A DNA stretch of 64,000 bases, taken from the IMG/VR virus record IMGVR_UViG_3300045988_176431, positions 160,001 through 224,000 of that record. One strand, given 5' to 3'. The translations under genes were made by a program, and so were the position numbers. Below the pieces are notes generated by a model. The model saw nothing but the letters and a program-made list of their open reading frames with translations, searched no databases and was not told the origin of the DNA. This document shows, piece by piece, positions 63,280 through 64,000 of this stretch. The number at the start of each line of letters is the position of its first letter. Positions within the stretch are counted from its first letter, which is position 1. This stretch comes from a virus.

Positions 63280-64000
63280 ATGGAGTACTCAAACCCTTTT
63301 AGCATTTGTTTTAATATGCTAAAATTAAGATATTCTGTGTATGATGAAAGTATCACATCACTTAATATATTAACACCGGAAGATAAAGTAAATGTTTTTA
63401 TTAACTTAGAGACAGCGTGGAAATATTTAAGTATGGTTCGTGACTTAGAAAAGAAACTGGTATTAAATCGAGATTTTAAAACCTTTATGATTGCAGATAT
63501 TATCAATATTGCTGCACATTATAAAGAATTTTTTAAGAATAATGGATTAGACACAAAGGTCTTTTTATATACAACAGATTTTGATTCTATGATTGGTGAA
63601 TTTAAAGAGTCAAAATTTAATGAAGATTACCGGTCATATTATTTAAATAAATACAACACAAATCCAAAATTTGTGTTACTGACAGATGGATTAAAAGATA
63701 AAATATTACCAAAAGTAAAAACTCTTTGTGACTTTATTCCAGATGTCTATTTTATTCAATCAAAGAATATTGATGGTTCGCTGATTCCGATGATTGTTGG
63801 GAATCAATATCCAGATCGAAAAAATTTCATTATATCAGCAGACCGTTATGAGACACAGTACTTGTTCGAGAAGAATTATGTTCATCATTTATTTTTAAGA
63901 AATTATTCAGCAACTTCTCTATCATGTACAATGAAAGATTATCTAAAAGCAATCTTTAAATTACAAGAAATTAAACAAGAAGATCTATTCTTATATCAAA
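63280..64000 (+). CDS. 3'-truncated ORF, possibly a FEN/T4 RNase H-like 5'-3' exonuclease
   Basis: Not in the ORF track (no stop inside the window). Hand translation found 240 open codons from the ATG at 63280. FIISADRYETQYL resembles the FEN motif i-i-S-x-D-K-D-x-x-Q-L. Weak call. Confidence 0.45.
   Translation, partial: MEYSNPFSICFNMLKLRYSVYDESITSLNILTPEDKVNVFINLETAWKYLSMVRDLEKKLVLNRDFKTFMIADIINIAAHYKEFFKNNGLDTKVFLYTTDFDSMIGEFKESKFNEDYRSYYLNKYNTNPKFVLLTDGLKDKILPKVKTLCDFIPDVYFIQSKNIDGSLIPMIVGNQYPDRKNFIISADRYETQYLFEKNYVHHLFLRNYSATSLSCTMKDYLKAIFKLQEIKQEDLFLYQ

Noticed and set aside
63237-63506. Minus-strand 89-aa ORF in the track
   Set aside because: It overlaps a 240-codon plus-strand frame that is open to the window end (63280..64000) and has more protein-like content. 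The minus ORF has no RBS.
1-64000. Genome-wide stop-codon reassignment (TAG or TGA recoding, as in some gut phages)
   Set aside because: TAA, TGA and TAG all terminate well-supported genes that are followed by an RBS and start of the next gene (e.g. TAG at 2993-2995, TGA at 1139-1141 and 3548-3550). No suppressor tRNA is in the cluster. Only isolated in-frame stops were seen; these are reported separately at low interest.
1-64000. Assignment to crAss-like phages (first impression from AT-richness and large virion-module ORFs)
   Set aside because: The sheath/tube-sized gene pair indicates a contractile tail. The RNAP is a beta-prime homologue with a DFDGD-type loop, not the crAss-type enzyme. 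The family cannot be determined without searches.

Overview
AT-rich (about 30% GC by eye) 64-kb fragment of a large tailed phage, gene-dense on both strands in alternating blocks. Phage identity rests on a structural set: putative portal, sheath/tube pair (contractile tail), major capsid protein, acidic scaffold-like protein, three paralogous tail-fibre genes, and an NlpC/P60+SH3 endolysin. It also carries a full-length multisubunit-type RNA polymerase beta-prime homologue with a GDYDGDQ catalytic loop. Nucleotide metabolism is anaerobic: nrdD, nrdG, dut, a HAD nucleotidase and an Mre11/SbcD-like nuclease. There is a five-tRNA cluster (Leu-UAA, Asn-GUU, Glu-UUC, Met/Ile-CAU, Gln-UUG). The host is probably an anaerobic low-GC bacterium (inference). 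The most unusual content is in a tail-fibre operon. It encodes a 500-aa protein whose C-terminal ~385 aa is an uninterrupted C-x2-3 repeat (about 104 Cys by hand count). About 2.5 kb downstream in the same operon sits a radical-SAM/SPASM peptide-maturase-like enzyme with a small partner ORF. This looks like a phage-structural, giant version of the bioinformatically defined 'CXXX-repeat peptide / radical SAM maturase' systems. Other notable items: nrdD is interrupted twice, by a 168-aa mini-intein placed at the GC|RSFL cysteine and by a ~1.06-kb group-I-like intron with an HNH endonuclease. An early-type region holds four tandem diverged paralogues and a DUF2829 (Tad2-like) gene. There is a TIGR02452-type macro/PARG-like protein. 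A ~125-nt three-helix RNA sits exactly between two tRNAs. Also present are ORF-free structured regions, a 50-bp exact intergenic repeat, and several candidate recoding sites. All functional calls come from motif recognition by eye; no searches were run.
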